Assembly (NCBI GenBank): GCA_964016885.1
Contig: OZ024742.1
Span: 23,312,001 to 23,376,000, forward strand
Source of the DNA: Eledone cirrhosa
Taxonomy: Eukaryota
Direction of reading: 5' to 3'
Length of the DNA: 64,000 nucleotides
Below, one piece after another: positions 13,231 to 27,737 of the stretch. Within the stretch, counting starts at the first letter, position 1. Each line of letters starts with the position of its first letter. A program made the translations under genes and the position numbers. The notes under the pieces were generated by a model. It did no database searches. It had not been told where the DNA came from and saw nothing but the letters and a program-made list of their open reading frames with translations.

Positions 13231-14127
13231 TGTACTAAGACTAATGACTTCCTTTCTTTGTTGTTAATTTGGGAGTATGAATGTTTAGCAAATGTTTTAA
13301 ACTATCGAGTAAATATTAACTAAAATTCATTGGATATGTATTTTATGAGTGAGGCTAACAAGCATTAGACTTACTAACAAACTTACTGACAAATTAACTA
13401 TCTATCTAACTAAGTATATATATACACACACACACACATACACACATATAAACACACGCGCGCACTCGGGGACACACACACACACACAATATATATATAT
13501 AGCTATCCATCAATCTATATATCTATCTAGCTATCTAACTAGTTATCTCTCCCTTTCTTTATTTTCTCTTTTCTTCTTCTTTTCTCTCTACATCCTCTTT
13601 CGCTCTCTCTTCCACTTCTTCCCCTCACACCCCCTTGCTCTCTCAGAATCAATTCTCCAATATGTCTCCTTTAACCCTGCACCTTTACTTCATATGGTTT
13701 CTTCAAATTATTTTAAATGTGCGGAAATTGTTTTTGCTGTGTTAATTTAGATGAGGTGATATATATAATTGTTTCTACTTTTGGCACAAGGCCACCAATT
13801 ATTCCAGTGTATTACTGGTACTTTATTTTAACGACACCGTAAGGATGAAAGGCAAAGTTAACCTTTGCAGACTTCTCCATGACATATGTTGAAATAAACT
13901 TTAGTTTTGTGTGTTTTAAGTTAGTTAGAGCAATGGATTGTAAATTAGTCTTAATGAATTCATATTCATAGACTATAGTTGATGAACCGTTAAATTTTCA
14001 ATCATTAATTTCCGGAAGTGAATAAGGAGAGGTAACTAGCTAATTAAGTTCAGTTCAGTTATTAAAATTCTTTGTTCTAATACACAATATAATGTGATAC
14101 CATTGGATCTCTGTTACTTAACCCCGT

Positions 14128-14338
14128 ATATTTATGCACTGATAATTAAATATAAAATGTGATAGTCATTCTACATTAAGGTATGATGTATTATTGCTCA
14201 TGGAGAGATCTATGTATGACAGATTAACAGCTGTATTACAGCTGTTAATATGTCATAATAGATCTCTACATGTGCAATAACATCATCCCTAACGTAGAAT
14301 GCTATCACATTTTATATTTAATTATAAGTGCATATATT
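14128..14338. repeat. Imperfect palindrome of about 210 bp, downstream of a minus-strand Penelope ORF
   Basis: TAATTAAATATAAAATGTGATAG ... TTAACAGCTGTA-T-TACAGCTGTTAA ... CTATCACATTTTATATTTAATTA. Confidence 0.9.
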
Positions 14339-14658
14339 ATGTTGTGCAATTTAATCATTTACGTATACAACCATATATGCACATATAGTCCATCATCATA
14401 GATTTCATTAAATGTCTCTACATACCAAGTGCCAAATATCCATTACTGCATATGATATAATTAATCTATTGTAGTTATATCACAAGGTGGTAACTCTATG
14501 TCTAATTCTAACTGTTATTGCAGAGCATAAGATTATAGTTGAATAGGGGTTATGTAGCGGAAAGAGTTGGTCGAGGCGTTTGTGGTTGTGGGTGTTGCTA
14601 AGTCCTAGATGTGTAGTGTTAATGGTGGTGGGGGATTCAAATCTGACATTGTTGTATA

Positions 14659-15815
14659 CTAACAGCTAGGTGTAAAGTTATGGAACGAGTGTCGGTACCG
14701 GTGTTGGCACGAGGAAAATGTCTCTGACTTTCTATTAAGGAGGTCTAGTTTCGAAAAGATTATAGTATGGGTCTCCAGAAGGCAGAGATTACACGATTTA
14801 TTCGGTGGTTTATACGATGAGGCCCTACCTACTACTTCCCATTGCAGTGTAAATGGTCTATTCCTAGTTTTCAGAGAGTGTATGTAGCTAGATAAAGAAG
14901 TGGAGCTGGATAGATTGTGTTTTTGGAAAGAGTAGAGGTGCGAGTTGTATCTCGTTTTGAAGTTGTTCGAAGTAGAACCAATATATGTTTTAGAAGAGTT
15001 GTTTGCGTTGACGGTGCATGAGTAGATGATGTCTTTGGTTAAGCAATTATTACCTAAGGGACAAGTTCTATTAGTTCTACAGTTACATTTATTCTGGGTG
15101 TTAGTTTGCCGGTTCCTATGTTGTGAAGAATTTTGGTTGCTAGGGGTAGTATTAGGGTAATGATGCCTATCATTCGTATTGTTATTGATTTCATTAGTGC
15201 TATTATCATTATTACCATTATTAATACCATTGTTTACAGGTACTAAGTTTACCTCCTGTTGTGTTTTAATTAGTTGGAAATATCTATTAATCTTCCTTTT
15301 ATTACTACTAGCTATATGGTATGTTATGTTAGGTGTGGTGGAGTACGATATTTTAATTGTATTTTTATTGATAAGGCTATGGTACTTGTGGCCGTTTGGG
15401 AAGTTTTTTTCTAATATTGAGAAGAAAGCCATATTAAACTCCATTACCAAAGGAATATCTAATAGAATCTCTAATCTATCATATAATGAAACTTTATTCA
15501 ACAATAATTCACAATACTATAATGAGGCCTTAGCTAAATCAGGACATAAGAATGAGATTGAATTCCTACCTATAAAATCACATAGTTACAACATTATTTC
15601 TCATAATATGGCCATGAGGAGAAATAGTAAAAACAATAGCCACTATAACTCTAAGAAGAAGTCTGATACCAAACTTAACTCGCATCAGTAAACACCACAA
15701 TAATAATACAAACATGAATATGAATACCTCAAAAAACAATACTATAAACAAAAATAGAAGGAGAACTAATACATTCTTCAATCCCCCTTTCAATCTAAAC
15801 GTCTCAAAACTACTT
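14659..15815 (-). mobile_element. Penelope-like (Naiad-like) element, 5'-truncated with an inverted 5' segment
   Basis: Minus 15430-14659: FPNGHKYH..KISYS..CNCR....CPL...CL..IIY..YIGST..FKTRY..H..CNLC..E..LLN..CQH. Plus 15420-15810: the upstream RT thumb part (ISNRISNLS..YYNEAL..SG..FFNPPF). Confidence 0.9.
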
Positions 15816-16091
15816 CCTCAAGGCCTCTTTAATATTTGGACTGTTCCCTTGTTTAAACTGTTGCAAGTTTCCACTCCGTGCTTTGGATTTTGATTTTGAT
15901 TTTAATTTAATTTTGATTTTAATTTGAATTTGAACTTGAATGCTTGTACAATTATTGTACAATTCTCGTAAAATATATGTCGCATCCATTCCACCCTGTA
16001 AATACGAAACTGTTGCTCACAACATCAATTTATATGTATCTATATTATTGTTCAGTTGAATAGGAGGTGAATTATATGTGCAAACATTGAT

Positions 16092-16142
16092 AATGCTCCG
16101 ATGATTCCAACGAGAGTTTGGAAGAAACGATTGTCAGCTATT
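16092..16142 (+). ncRNA. Minimal type I hammerhead-like motif, variant core CCGATGA
   Basis: AATGCT-CCGATGA-TTCCAA-CGAGAGT-TTGGAA-GAAAC-GATT-GTC-AGCTATT; perfect 6-bp stem II. Confidence 0.68.
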
Positions 16143-16312
16143 AAATTATTTGAAAAAAACTTTGATAATTGTATAATTTATTGATTTAACTGCTCTGTAA
16201 AACAACTGATGTTCATACATTGAGCTATTTCCCTTACTGGTTATAAGGTTATTAAGAAATTACTGACCTTCCTGTTTGTGGTTGTTTATACTATATACAT
16301 AACTACAAATAG

Positions 16313-16352
<40 letters not shown>

Positions 16353-16371
16353 AAGATGAAATGAAGATGGA

Positions 16372-16498
<127 letters not shown>

Positions 16499-17037
16499 TT
16501 GTCAGGAAAGCTGTCAAATTGAAAACAGCTGTAAATAACGGTTAAAAAATAAAGTGATGTCGTGTATGTGCGGATATTATGGAAGGAATTCAAATATTAG
16601 AGGTCTAAATATAGATACTGGGTATATTATTTTATATTGGGTTTAAATATTAAAAATTGTTTTAAGAAATGTAAAAATGTATTAATAAAATAAATATAAA
16701 AAGATTTATATAAAATAAAATAAAAATAGTCTATCTATGTCAAAGTTAATAATTTCTAGTAAAAAATATATATGTGTGGTATAATATTTAAATTTTATTT
16801 ATCAAGTAAATAAAGTAAATTGCTAGAAGTATTTATAAACGTAGAAAAAACGTAGAGAAAATCTATTATAATATGACATCATCTTTTGTTTACAAAATCT
16901 ACGAGGATTTGAGCGAAAATCTAAGGCTATACAAAAGACGATCAAAGGCTTAATATATAATGAGAAAACCAAAATAATGCATTGTAGAATATAATGAAAG
17001 CGGTGTAAAGATAACAGTGACTCATGGAATATGTTAT

Positions 17038-19403
17038 AGCTATATACTTTGTGAAAAGTCTTGTAGGATTTATGATTACAAAGTCCAAATAAATCGGTTC
17101 TTCGATTTATTATTGTGTGGAAATTCGAGATAATGGTAAATTTTTCAGCTAGACATTACAAACACTAGATATCGAAGGATTGGAGTATGGAGATGCGTTG
17201 TAGATTTTACGCCAAGAAATTTCGTAATTTATGTTTTTGTCTTTTAGGGACCAAATAAGTTCTGAGAGTGCGGTGCTGGTCCTATTAAGTGGAGATTTAA
17301 ATGTAGAAAAATGATTATAGAATCTTGCTTTAAAGGAGGTAGAAGTAGAGCCAATGTAGGTATAGGAATTGGTACTAGTTACCACTTTACATTCGTATAC
17401 TAGGTTTTTATCGAGACAGAAATTACGGAGAGGACAATTAGTTCTAATAGGGCAGTTGCATTTACGATTAAGATTATCTACAGAGTTATTGGCAAGTGGC
17501 CCAGGATTAATTATATTAGCATCAGAAGGGGTGGTGGAATTAACTAAAGAAGGTGCTAAAGTTTCTAGATTTACATTACTGTTTGGTGCATTCCTCAAAG
17601 TTACGTTTGACGTCGTATTTATACTTGTGTTATTTTGTCTAGAGTTTACATTGACGTCGGGCCTTACACTGTTATTATTATGACTCTTGTGGTTGGATGC
17701 ATATGAGTTATTATTTAATATTCTAGAATTATGTCTTGAGATAATTTTTTAAATGTTCGAAGTAGTAGAATACGAGAATTTAATAGCATGCCTATTGAAA
17801 ATATTGCTATATATATATGTAAAGGAGGGAAGCTGTTATGTAATGCCCTAAAAAATAATTTAGGGATATTATTATTAACGGAAAGAGAGAAGGATATTTT
17901 TATATCTAGGTCTCCTCCTTTTGTTGGCAGTATGATTATTACTAGCTACATTACTAGAGTTATTATAACCTCTGCCAAGATTTTGTTCTTTAGTATACCT
18001 AATTTTGTCTAGATATCCAGCCCTAGATAGCGCATTATTATAATAGTTGGCATTAGCTTCGAAAATATCCTTATTATAGGATAAATTAGGAATTCGTTTT
18101 TCTAAGCTTTTGACTATGGCAGTTTTAACCTTATTAGGGTGGTGATATTTAAAGTTAGCGTAATTTAAGTTCTCATTATCTTTATGATGTGGGTAATATA
18201 GGCTGGTATTTAGATTAAGGGATATATCAAGGAAATTTGCTAGTTTATCATTATTCTCGAATTCAAATTTTAAGTTAAGATGCTTAAATAGATCAAGTAT
18301 TTTTTTCTTAAGTATATCAAAGTTTACAGTGTTACAATTAGAGACAGTAAAGAGAGCATCATTCCGATAAATCCCACTGCAAAGTTTGGGTATTTTCCGG
18401 TTTAAAGAAGTCAAGATGAAAATGACAACTAAGTCAGTCAGTTGAGCTGAATCTGATGAACCCATGGTGATGTCGAAATTGTTGGAAGTATCCGCTGTTG
18501 TCCAATATTCGTTCTTAAATTCCATGATGGTTTTCCTAGCGGTGAGAATGGTGTTATTTCTTCACTAGTAATGTCCGTATATTTAAAGAACTTGAGAGAG
18601 ATTGTTTAGGAGTGAAGGAGAAATAGAAGAGTAATAGCTAGCAATGTCTAATACATTTCAATTTGTTTTTATTTTTTAGGTCATTGAACCAGTCTATTAC
18701 TTCAGATGAACCCAACCATAAATTTAGTTGAGATTTATTCTTAACCTGTGGGATCATTCTATCCAAGATGGATTTACTAACAACCCCTAAGTCAGATTTA
18801 GAAGGAGCAATTAGTCTTACAGGCATGTCCGTTCGAACATTTTTTTATGATCCTTCAGACTAATCCTCGGAGTTCTTGGGAAGAAGGGTTCTGTTTTTCT
18901 CTCAATTCCGAGGTTGGTTATGATCTCATATGATTCTCTATTGATAGAATCCAGAAAAAAACGGACTTTTTCGTGCGTAGGGTTAGATGGATCGTTCATT
19001 TCCATGACCAGCGCTTAAAAGGAAATTTTTATAGAAAGAAACCTAATAACATCGATTCATTATTTAACTCCAAAAGAAATCCTCCCTTTAGTAAAAACTT
19101 AGTACATTTTGAAAACGAATTAACTAAAATTATACGAGAAGTTAAATTCAAAAGAAACCCATATCGAGGCCAGGGACACCTTATCAACCTTAAGAATACA
19201 ATTAATTACCTTAATTCTTCTAAAAAACGTATTAGTTCATTCTGACAAAACAAATAATTTATATGGCATAAGTAAGAATAAATATAATAACCTTATCCTT
19301 AAGGAAATAAGAACAAATTATCGTAAAACTACGCACGATAATCTGGAATCTATCAATAGAGAAGCATATGAGATAGTAACCAACCTCGGAATTGAGAAAA
19401 AAA

Positions 19404-19405
<2 letters not shown>
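17038..19405 (-). mobile_element. Degraded Penelope-like (Naiad-like) element: RT plus GIY-YIG, with an inverted 5' segment
   Basis: Minus 18955-17038, frameshifted: KDHK..PVRLIAPSKSDLG, FDITMGS.D.A, GIYRND (YRDD mutated), NFLDI.L.L, CNC..CPL..CL, YIGST. Plus 18958-19405: the N-terminal part (RRVRW...FENEL...DKTNNLY). Confidence 0.92.
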
Positions 19406-19500
<95 letters not shown>

Positions 19501-19677
19501 TATTATCATCATAACATGTTCCTCCCCGCCTCTAGTGTGGATACTTTCAATTGATTCAGGTCTTGCTCATAAGGTGTAACTATCAATGGCACGTAGCAGC
19601 CGGTAGTCTTATATATATCTATATTATATATCTATATCTATATCTATCTATCTATCTATATATATATATATATATAT

Positions 19678-21150
19678 ATTTATTAAAATAACAGATTAAA
19701 GTTTAAGCAAAGAATCGCTGCTTTCACCCTTAACGCGATCTTCTGAAACTAACAAAGTCAATCTGTAAACGCAGAAGTGGATATTTCAAAACACGTTGCA
19801 ACCGGAGGAAGACAGGAAGACGATACTTTGGTTCGTGGTAACGTTCTCTGGCAAAGAACGGAAAAAAATGAATATAATACGTCATTAATAGGAGCGGTGA
19901 AAAACAAATACACACAAAGACAGAACCACGTTTATGGTATAAAAGAAGTCGTAGACTAAAATTCTAACTAGGAAACCGAATGATTCTCCACTTCAGAGTA
20001 AAGAATAAAGTAAATAAAATACAATACAGAGGTAATTAAAATTAAATAAATACATACACGAATCCAAATACGTACATACAAAAGCATACGCGAAAACACT
20101 CAGCATAGGTATACAAAACCACGCACATATAAATATGTGTGTGTGTGTGTGCGTGTATACAAACAAATAAGTAATTAAATAAACGTATATAAATAAATAA
20201 ATACGTATATAACAAGCGCGCACACAAACCTAAAGGTAAATACACAAATGTTCGGAGACGAACGTCAACCAAAACATGAAGTACACATATACACGCACCC
20301 AACATACGTACGAACCCGCATACTCACACAGACGCAAAACTCCCGTAAACACATAACCAAAAGCATATGTACCAGAATATATAAAATATACCACCCTAAC
20401 ATATACAATCAAATATACATACGAGAAAGTATAAATACCTTCACAAAACATACAGGTAATATATACTTACCTATGCGAATAAGTAATGGTACAAACATAA
20501 CATATGCTTAGCTACCACATCAAGACGTAAAATATCCACGTATAGATCGTACTATCCGTTAGGGTATAATGTGGAGCTGTAATACAGGAACGTTTTGTGT
20601 AATTTATGTTTACAAGCCGAAATTGCCTCAGATTTTTTGTTTAAGATGTGGTCTGTGGCGTAGAGAATTTCCAGGGCCTCAGCGGCGCAGAGGTCACAGG
20701 TCTTTTATTTCTGTTATGCGATCTAGCCCTAGCTAGGATCTCCCAGTTTAACTTATATTGGACGTGGTTGTCTTTTAGACTCCAGATATAAGCTGAAAGT
20801 GACGTCATATTCCTTCTTAGAGAGTAACGAAAATAATGGGTATGCATGTAAAGCGCTGCTTGAATCTATTGGCGGTTAACCCTATGTAGGCCCTACGCGA
20901 CGTGGGTGTTTCAACATTACATTTGTAGACAATGTTACTAGATAGGCATTTCCCGGATAGGGGGCAATCAACCCGATTCCTACAATTACAGTTAGTACTA
21001 AATACAGGGTTGCACGTGTTCCTACGGCTAGGTAGTTTAGCTAAATTTGAAGCTGTGATGTTATGTGCAAGGTTAGGAGTCGTAGAGTAAGACATTTTAA
21101 TAGTATTTCTATTAAAAATGTTACTATGTTTATGTGTAGGGGGAAAACCG
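19678..21150 (-). mobile_element. Penelope-like element 3' part (frameshifted GIY-YIG at about 21150-20600) with a long low-complexity 3' UTR ending at (TA)n
   Basis: KMSYSTTPNL..CNCRNRVDCPLSGKCL..IVYKC..YIGLT..FKQRF. The terminal 55 bp recurs inverted at 28261-28313, also next to (TA)n. The 3' boundary is inferred. Confidence 0.75.
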
Positions 21151-21317
21151 TTAGTTCCATCTTTGACCAGTTTTGCTGACTCCTAATTTCACCTTTTCCC
21201 TGTATGCTGTCCATTTCGCTGTGGAGGGGAGAAAGAGAGATAGCGGGAAGGGTAGGGTAGAGGTTAGAGAGGGACAGAGAGAGATATAAGTTCAGTGAGA
21301 AATTTAAGGAGCTATTT

Positions 21318-21393
<76 letters not shown>

Positions 21394-21751
21394 TGCGATC
21401 TAGAGAAAGAGAAAAAGAAACAAAAGAAAGAAAGGGGAGAGAGACAGAAGAGAGGAGCGAGAAAGATAGCGGGAAGAGTGGAAGGAAACGTTAGAGTTAG
21501 AGAGAGGGAGATAGATAAGTCCAGTGAGAAATTCAAGGTGCGATTTAGAGAGAGAGAGAAAGAGGGAGCTCGTGTGATCAGAGTTAAGAGTAATATATGT
21601 TTTCATTCATAAATACATAAAAAGGGGGTGAGAGAGAGAAAAGAGGGAAAGGCTATGATATACACATGTATGTATGTATGTATATATGTATATATATGTA
21701 TATATATTTATATAAATATATATATATATATATACACATAAATATATATTT

Positions 21752-21805
<54 letters not shown>

Positions 21806-21839
21806 AGTATAGAAATTATTGTGAAGTCAACAGTATATC

Positions 21840-21915
<76 letters not shown>

Positions 21916-21940
21916 TATTTATATATATATATATATATGT

Positions 21941-22311
21941 AAAAAGTTTGTCCTTCATCAGTGATCTTCCAACTATCATAGGTATTTCATCGCTTTAAAG
22001 ACCATATACCTCCGGTTGGTGCGAGCAACGGCTAAAAAAAGTCGTTGGGACACGTAAATAAAGGTTTGATGGTCTTTATTCTCTCGTTCACGATTTCACC
22101 GAACTTAAATTCATAGAAATCTGGGACTTGTCTCCTTATTCCTCACTTTCTGTTGCCTCACCATTTTGTTTGTTTACCCTCGCGTCCCCTTTATTTACGT
22201 GTCCCAACGACTTTTTTTAGCCGTTGCTCGCACCAACCGGAGGTATATGGTCTTTACAGCGATGAAATACCTATGATAGTTGGAAGATCACTGATGAAGG
22301 ACAAACTTTTT
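21941..22311. mobile_element. Fold-back element with 124-bp inverted arms ending in the 5' half of a hammerhead, in (TA)n
   Basis: Arms 21941-22064 and 22188-22311 differ at 1 position; CTGATGAAGGACAAAC at 22291 (+) is mirrored at 21946-21961 (-). Confidence 0.75.
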
Positions 22312-22350
22312 TCATATGTAACCCATTTGCAACTCCGCAGCGCCCTGATT

Positions 22351-22404
<54 letters not shown>

Positions 22405-22951
22405 TATATAGATATATAGATATATGTACAACAATATATAAATTCTATTTTATCGATTGTTATGAATATTACTTTAGAAAATTATGAATTATTGTAATCA
22501 GTTGGTCATAGAAAATATTGTTTTCAGTGAAGTGAATGAGGTATATATTTTAGTTCTGTATACAATTAAGAACGAAGACAAAAAGATGTGAAAATAAAAT
22601 ATTCTGGACATTTGATATTAGTCATTATTGAAAGGTTAAATTTAGATTTTGTTTTCTTGGTATTATAAAATAAATAAAATAAACGATACGTAAGCCAAAC
22701 AAGATAATCATTCTTTAACAAATGTGAATTGCTAATAAAGAAAGTTGGTGTTGTACACCATTAATACACCCGCACCCAATTATGTACTATATATATATAT
22801 ATATATATATATAAGCAAAGGCGATATTCAATTTGTTGGTAATTCAACAAATATAAATATTTATAACTGATTCAAAGCACTCGACATGTTTTCTGGAATA
22901 TAATATTCAATGATGTTAAATAAATGGAAACTATATTTATAAAACCATATT

Positions 22952-23012
22952 TATTCTATTATATATATTTCAAGGGTACCAAAACTTTGGTACGCACTCA
23001 TCAGATTAAATA
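22952..23012 (-). ncRNA. Minimal type I hammerhead in a single-arm relative (about 22915-23070) of the 34231-34596 element
   Basis: Minus: TATTTAAT-CTGATGA-GTGCGTACCAAAGTTTTGGTACCCTT-GAAAT-ATAT-ATA-ATAGAATA. Confidence 0.7.
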
Positions 23013-23089
23013 CAATGTTTGATTTATAAAAATTGACATAACCAAGAAAGAATAACTTAACGGTTCAACTTTTGTCCTGGATAGTCACA

Positions 23090-23160
<71 letters not shown>

Positions 23161-23223
23161 ACGCACACACATACACACACACACATACACACACACACAC
23201 ACATACATATATATGTATGTATG

Positions 23224-23258
<35 letters not shown>

Positions 23259-24466
23259 GGGAAATAAGAAAAAAAATAGAGAATGCTAATAGGATTTTTT
23301 CATAGAATAACAGCAAAACATTTTAAAAAAGTACTTTATAGTACCGGTTTCAATTGATAAATATTTCGACTTCTTCATGCTCTATACCACAGGCATGTGA
23401 AGGGAAAGAAAGGGAACGGATTCTCTCTTCTTCTGCAACCCTGGCTGGTCGTATATCTCAGCTGCACCACGCCGTCAAGTTAGTTAAATACTTTGCTATG
23501 GGGAACAAACAGTAACACCAGCTAGCTCAACCATTCCCCTTTCGGGGCACTTTTCCTCAGGTATTGTGTAGTGATGTGACAAAGGACACCTGAGGTCTCG
23601 GGGATGACATAAACATAGAGAAAGCGTTATGAACAGAAGTGGCCGGGTTTCTTGCCAAAGAAACATAGCTGGAATTGGGGTAAGATGTCATTCGACTCAG
23701 AGAAAGCCAATAAGAACGTGGGGAAGCTGAACATTTCATAGACTGACTATGAAAGTGTGATGTTACAGCTTTGGAATCTTGCATATATTAATCTCAACTT
23801 CTTTTGATAAATGCACTGTCTCGTTCTAGGGACTATGTTGAAAAATAAACCTCATGGTCAGCCTATAACCTTACAGCATATAGACATTTCAGCCGACCCT
23901 CGTAAACATAGGATCTTTTATTATTAAAATAAATAAAACTTGAATAAATTGTACATTTGTATCTGCGAGAAATTCATACATTATACATGCAAATCATACT
24001 TTAAATTTGGACATTCGACAATTTCAACGAATTTCAATACAAGACTTAAATCATTTGATATTGAAAAACTTGTAAAATTATTACAGCGTAATTTAATGAA
24101 AAATTATTCACTCGTGCTAATAGTAAAACGTACAGAAAACACGACTGAACATTTCACCCTGCAGCACACAGCAATAATGATTCGCCTTCAGCCATGTTTA
24201 TACTGGAAAAAATGGTATAATTCCTAAAGAGATTTTTCATAATGTTGCTACTTTTCTTTAAAATAGTTTTCTTTTTATAAAAAAAAACCTTCAAAGCTTG
24301 CAGGGCGTTTCAAGATATCCCTTCTTGTATTTGAAGTTATATAATGAATAACCTACGGTTAAAAGGATTTATTACAAGTAGATTAACATCCGTAAAAATT
24401 ACATAGCAGTATATGTTTTGATGTGTTCCCTAAACAGAAATTATTTCAGGTAATACACACACACAC

Positions 24467-24560
<94 letters not shown>

Positions 24561-24609
24561 ACATACACACACTCATACATATGTATATATGCGTATTTGT
24601 ATGTATATG

Positions 24610-24675
<66 letters not shown>

Positions 24676-24703
24676 AATAAATATATATATTATATCTGTA
24701 TAC

Positions 24704-24737
<34 letters not shown>

Positions 24738-24801
24738 TTATATATTTCGTTTTTGAATTTTTTTAGCAAGATTACTTATCTGAAAATGTGTGTTGAAACC
24801 G

Positions 24802-25466
24802 ATATTGTTATACTTTTGGCAAGCCATATTGCCAATAAGAAACCAATAAGAAACACACGCACCAGTTGTTTTCACTTCAATTTATTATAAATTTCCGGTT
24901 GTTTGGTTGGTTCTATAACCGTATGGTTGTTCACATATTGTCAAAGTACTTTCGTCACACATTCTGAGACCTTTCAGTGACTGGGGATTCTTTTCTTTAT
25001 TTTTTATTTTTTATTTTTTATTTTGTGCCTCTCCTTTGTTCTGTCCTACGCCATCTGGTTTCTGTGTGTGTTGTGTGCTTATTTTGCGCAAGTGTTACAT
25101 CCGGGTGTCTGTGCGTGTTTTTATTTGTTTATTTCTTTACATGTCACTAGTTGGTTGTTTGTTCTATGTATGTGTGTGATATATATATATACATATATAC
25201 ACGCATACATACATATATGAATAAAAAGAATAAAAAATAAAATATAAAGAAAAAAGAAGATAAAAAAGAAAATAATGCCCATTCACTGAAGAGATCACAT
25301 AATGTGTGACGAAAGAACTTTGACAATATGTGAACAACCATCCGGTTATAGAACCAATCAACCAACCAAACGGAAATTTATAATAAATTGAAATGAAAAC
25401 ACCTGGTGCGTGTGTTTCTTATTGGTTTCTTATTGGCAACATGACCCTCCCAAAGTATAACAATAT
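24802..25466. mobile_element. Fold-back element with about 220-bp diverged inverted arms, each with a hammerhead motif
   Basis: Arms at about 24802-25022 and 25221-25466. Plus 25282-25324: TTCA-CTGAAGA-GATCACATAATGTGTGAC-GAAAG-AA-CTT-TGAC. Minus 24981-24940: GTCA-CTGAAAG-GTCTCAGAATGTGTGAC-GAAAG-TA-CTT-TGAC. Confidence 0.78.
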
Positions 25467-25578
25467 ATTTATATACATATATATATGTGTGTGTGTATGT
25501 GTATATATATATATATAAATATAATATATATAAATGAAAGGTATAGAAAGTATTGTAACAAGAAGCCAACATTATTCC

Positions 25579-25770
<192 letters not shown>

Positions 25771-26559
25771 CGTGTGTGCGTGTGTGTGAGTATGTGTGTA
25801 TGTGTGTGTGAGTGTATGTATATATATATATATATAAATGTGCACAGAGCAATGCTAACAACTATAACATGGAATTCACACACGCTAACAAACACAAACC
25901 TGAACTAACCTGAACAACTATATAACCTTCAACATGTTTATACCATTAACATTGACTCCATGAAGTAACTCCTAAGTAAGTAAATAAAATTTACTTGGTT
26001 GATTTTATTACTTCACTAGCGATAAGCTGAAGAAACATATAAGTGAGAATTTATTGATTCTGCGTAAAGGAAATGAAGTAAGTCGGGTTGAAGTATAAAA
26101 CTTATTGCAGTCATCCAGGATGAGAAGAGAAAGTGTGAAAAGGCATGCAGTTAAAGCAATGGTCAAAGATGGTAATGTTTATGTCCTAATACAAGCCATA
26201 GCTGCATATCGATGTTTTTAGAGTAACTCTTTTTTTTTATTGGTCAAAATATCACATGCTAAGTTGCAGAATCGCAACAAATATTTCTACCTTTAGCATA
26301 TGTTTAGTTATACGTATGTGTATGTGGATATAAGCCTTACGTACGTATGTATATACGTATGTATGTATATTTGAATATATGCGTGTATGCGTGGATTGCA
26401 AGCATGGTGTTTACTATCGAACTTTTGGCAATATATTTATCATCAGGTGCTTTGCTGCAAAAACAAACGTATTTACGTCTATCATAAAATACCTTTTGCA
26501 GAAGATTGCGATCTTGTAGCGCACACAGATTGATATGCAACATTTTCTGATGCTTGCAC

Positions 26560-27575
26560 TACCCTAGAATTGAATGTCTCGAGAAAACCATTATCATGAA
26601 CCCACCTGAACCTGGTAAGTAGTACAATGAACCACATATCTATGCGTATGATCAGTTTGTCTACCTGGGAAGTACTGTCAATCGATACAGCAATCTTGAT
26701 AATGAAATTCCACACAGGATTAGAAAGCAAGTAATGCTTTCGGAAAGCGAGAAAGGCAACTCTAGGGTCGGCAAGAAATATGCATGAAGACAAAGGTAAA
26801 GGTGTACAAGGCATGTGTGCTCTCTTATCTTCTTTATGGCTGTGAGACCTGGGTCACATATCGACACCACCTTAAACAGTTGGAACAATTCCATTAGATG
26901 TGTCTCGGACGGATCAATGACGTTCACTGGAGTAACTACATCAGTGATGTCGAGATCTATGAAAGCTCTGTGTGAAAGCATAGAAGCTCTTGTGCTTAAG
27001 CAAATACTCCGATGGAGTGGTCACCTTGCCATGGTGAAGGATTCTAAGATAACAAAACATCTCTTTTATGGAGAGTTAGTTAAAAGACAACGACTCCACA
27101 TAAACCAAAAAAAGATATATAAGGATTCGTTGAAAGCCTCCTTGAAAGATGCTAACATCTCTGCTGATACATGGGAAAGCGTAGCTGCTGATCGTAATAA
27201 ATGAAGAAAGATTGTACATGGAGGGGGAGGGGGTGCTTTAGAAACATCTCGAATTGCACACGAGAAAGGAAAAAGGGATGTCAGGAAAGGCATTGCTGTT
27301 ACATTTCCAGACAACAAAGGTATTCCTATGGCACTGACATGCAGCGTCTGCGCAAAACTCTGTCTCGGCTAAGCTGGACTCATAAGTAATAAGTGAGGCC
27401 AATGATTGCCTACCAGACTGCTGTCGAAGATGTTACGCATCATACCTGTCAAGTATGTAGAAAAGAGTGTAGATCTGCAGGATGGCTCAAACGACATGCA
27501 AAGGTACATGAAGAACAACTACAGCCGGATATTACCAGTGAATGTGCTTACTATGGTTGCCAACCGTGTGCATGA
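26560..27575 (+). mobile_element. Degraded RTE-clade LINE 3' part with C-terminal C2H2 zinc fingers
   Basis: LRWSGHL..KHLFYGEL..YKDSLKASLK..TWE..AADR..W, then CSVCAKLC and CQVCRKECRSAGWLKRHAKVH; many frameshifts. Confidence 0.85.
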
Positions 27576-27628
27576 TACTTTATATCGTTTTAGAGATTTA
27601 AGACATTCGATCGCAGAAGCGTTAATTA

Positions 27629-27737
<109 letters not shown>

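Noticed and set aside
22252-22302. Circularly permuted (type II) hammerhead GAAA..CTA-TGAT..ATCA-CTGATGA
   Set aside because: The second stem III pair is U-C and stem II does not close adjacent to GAAA.
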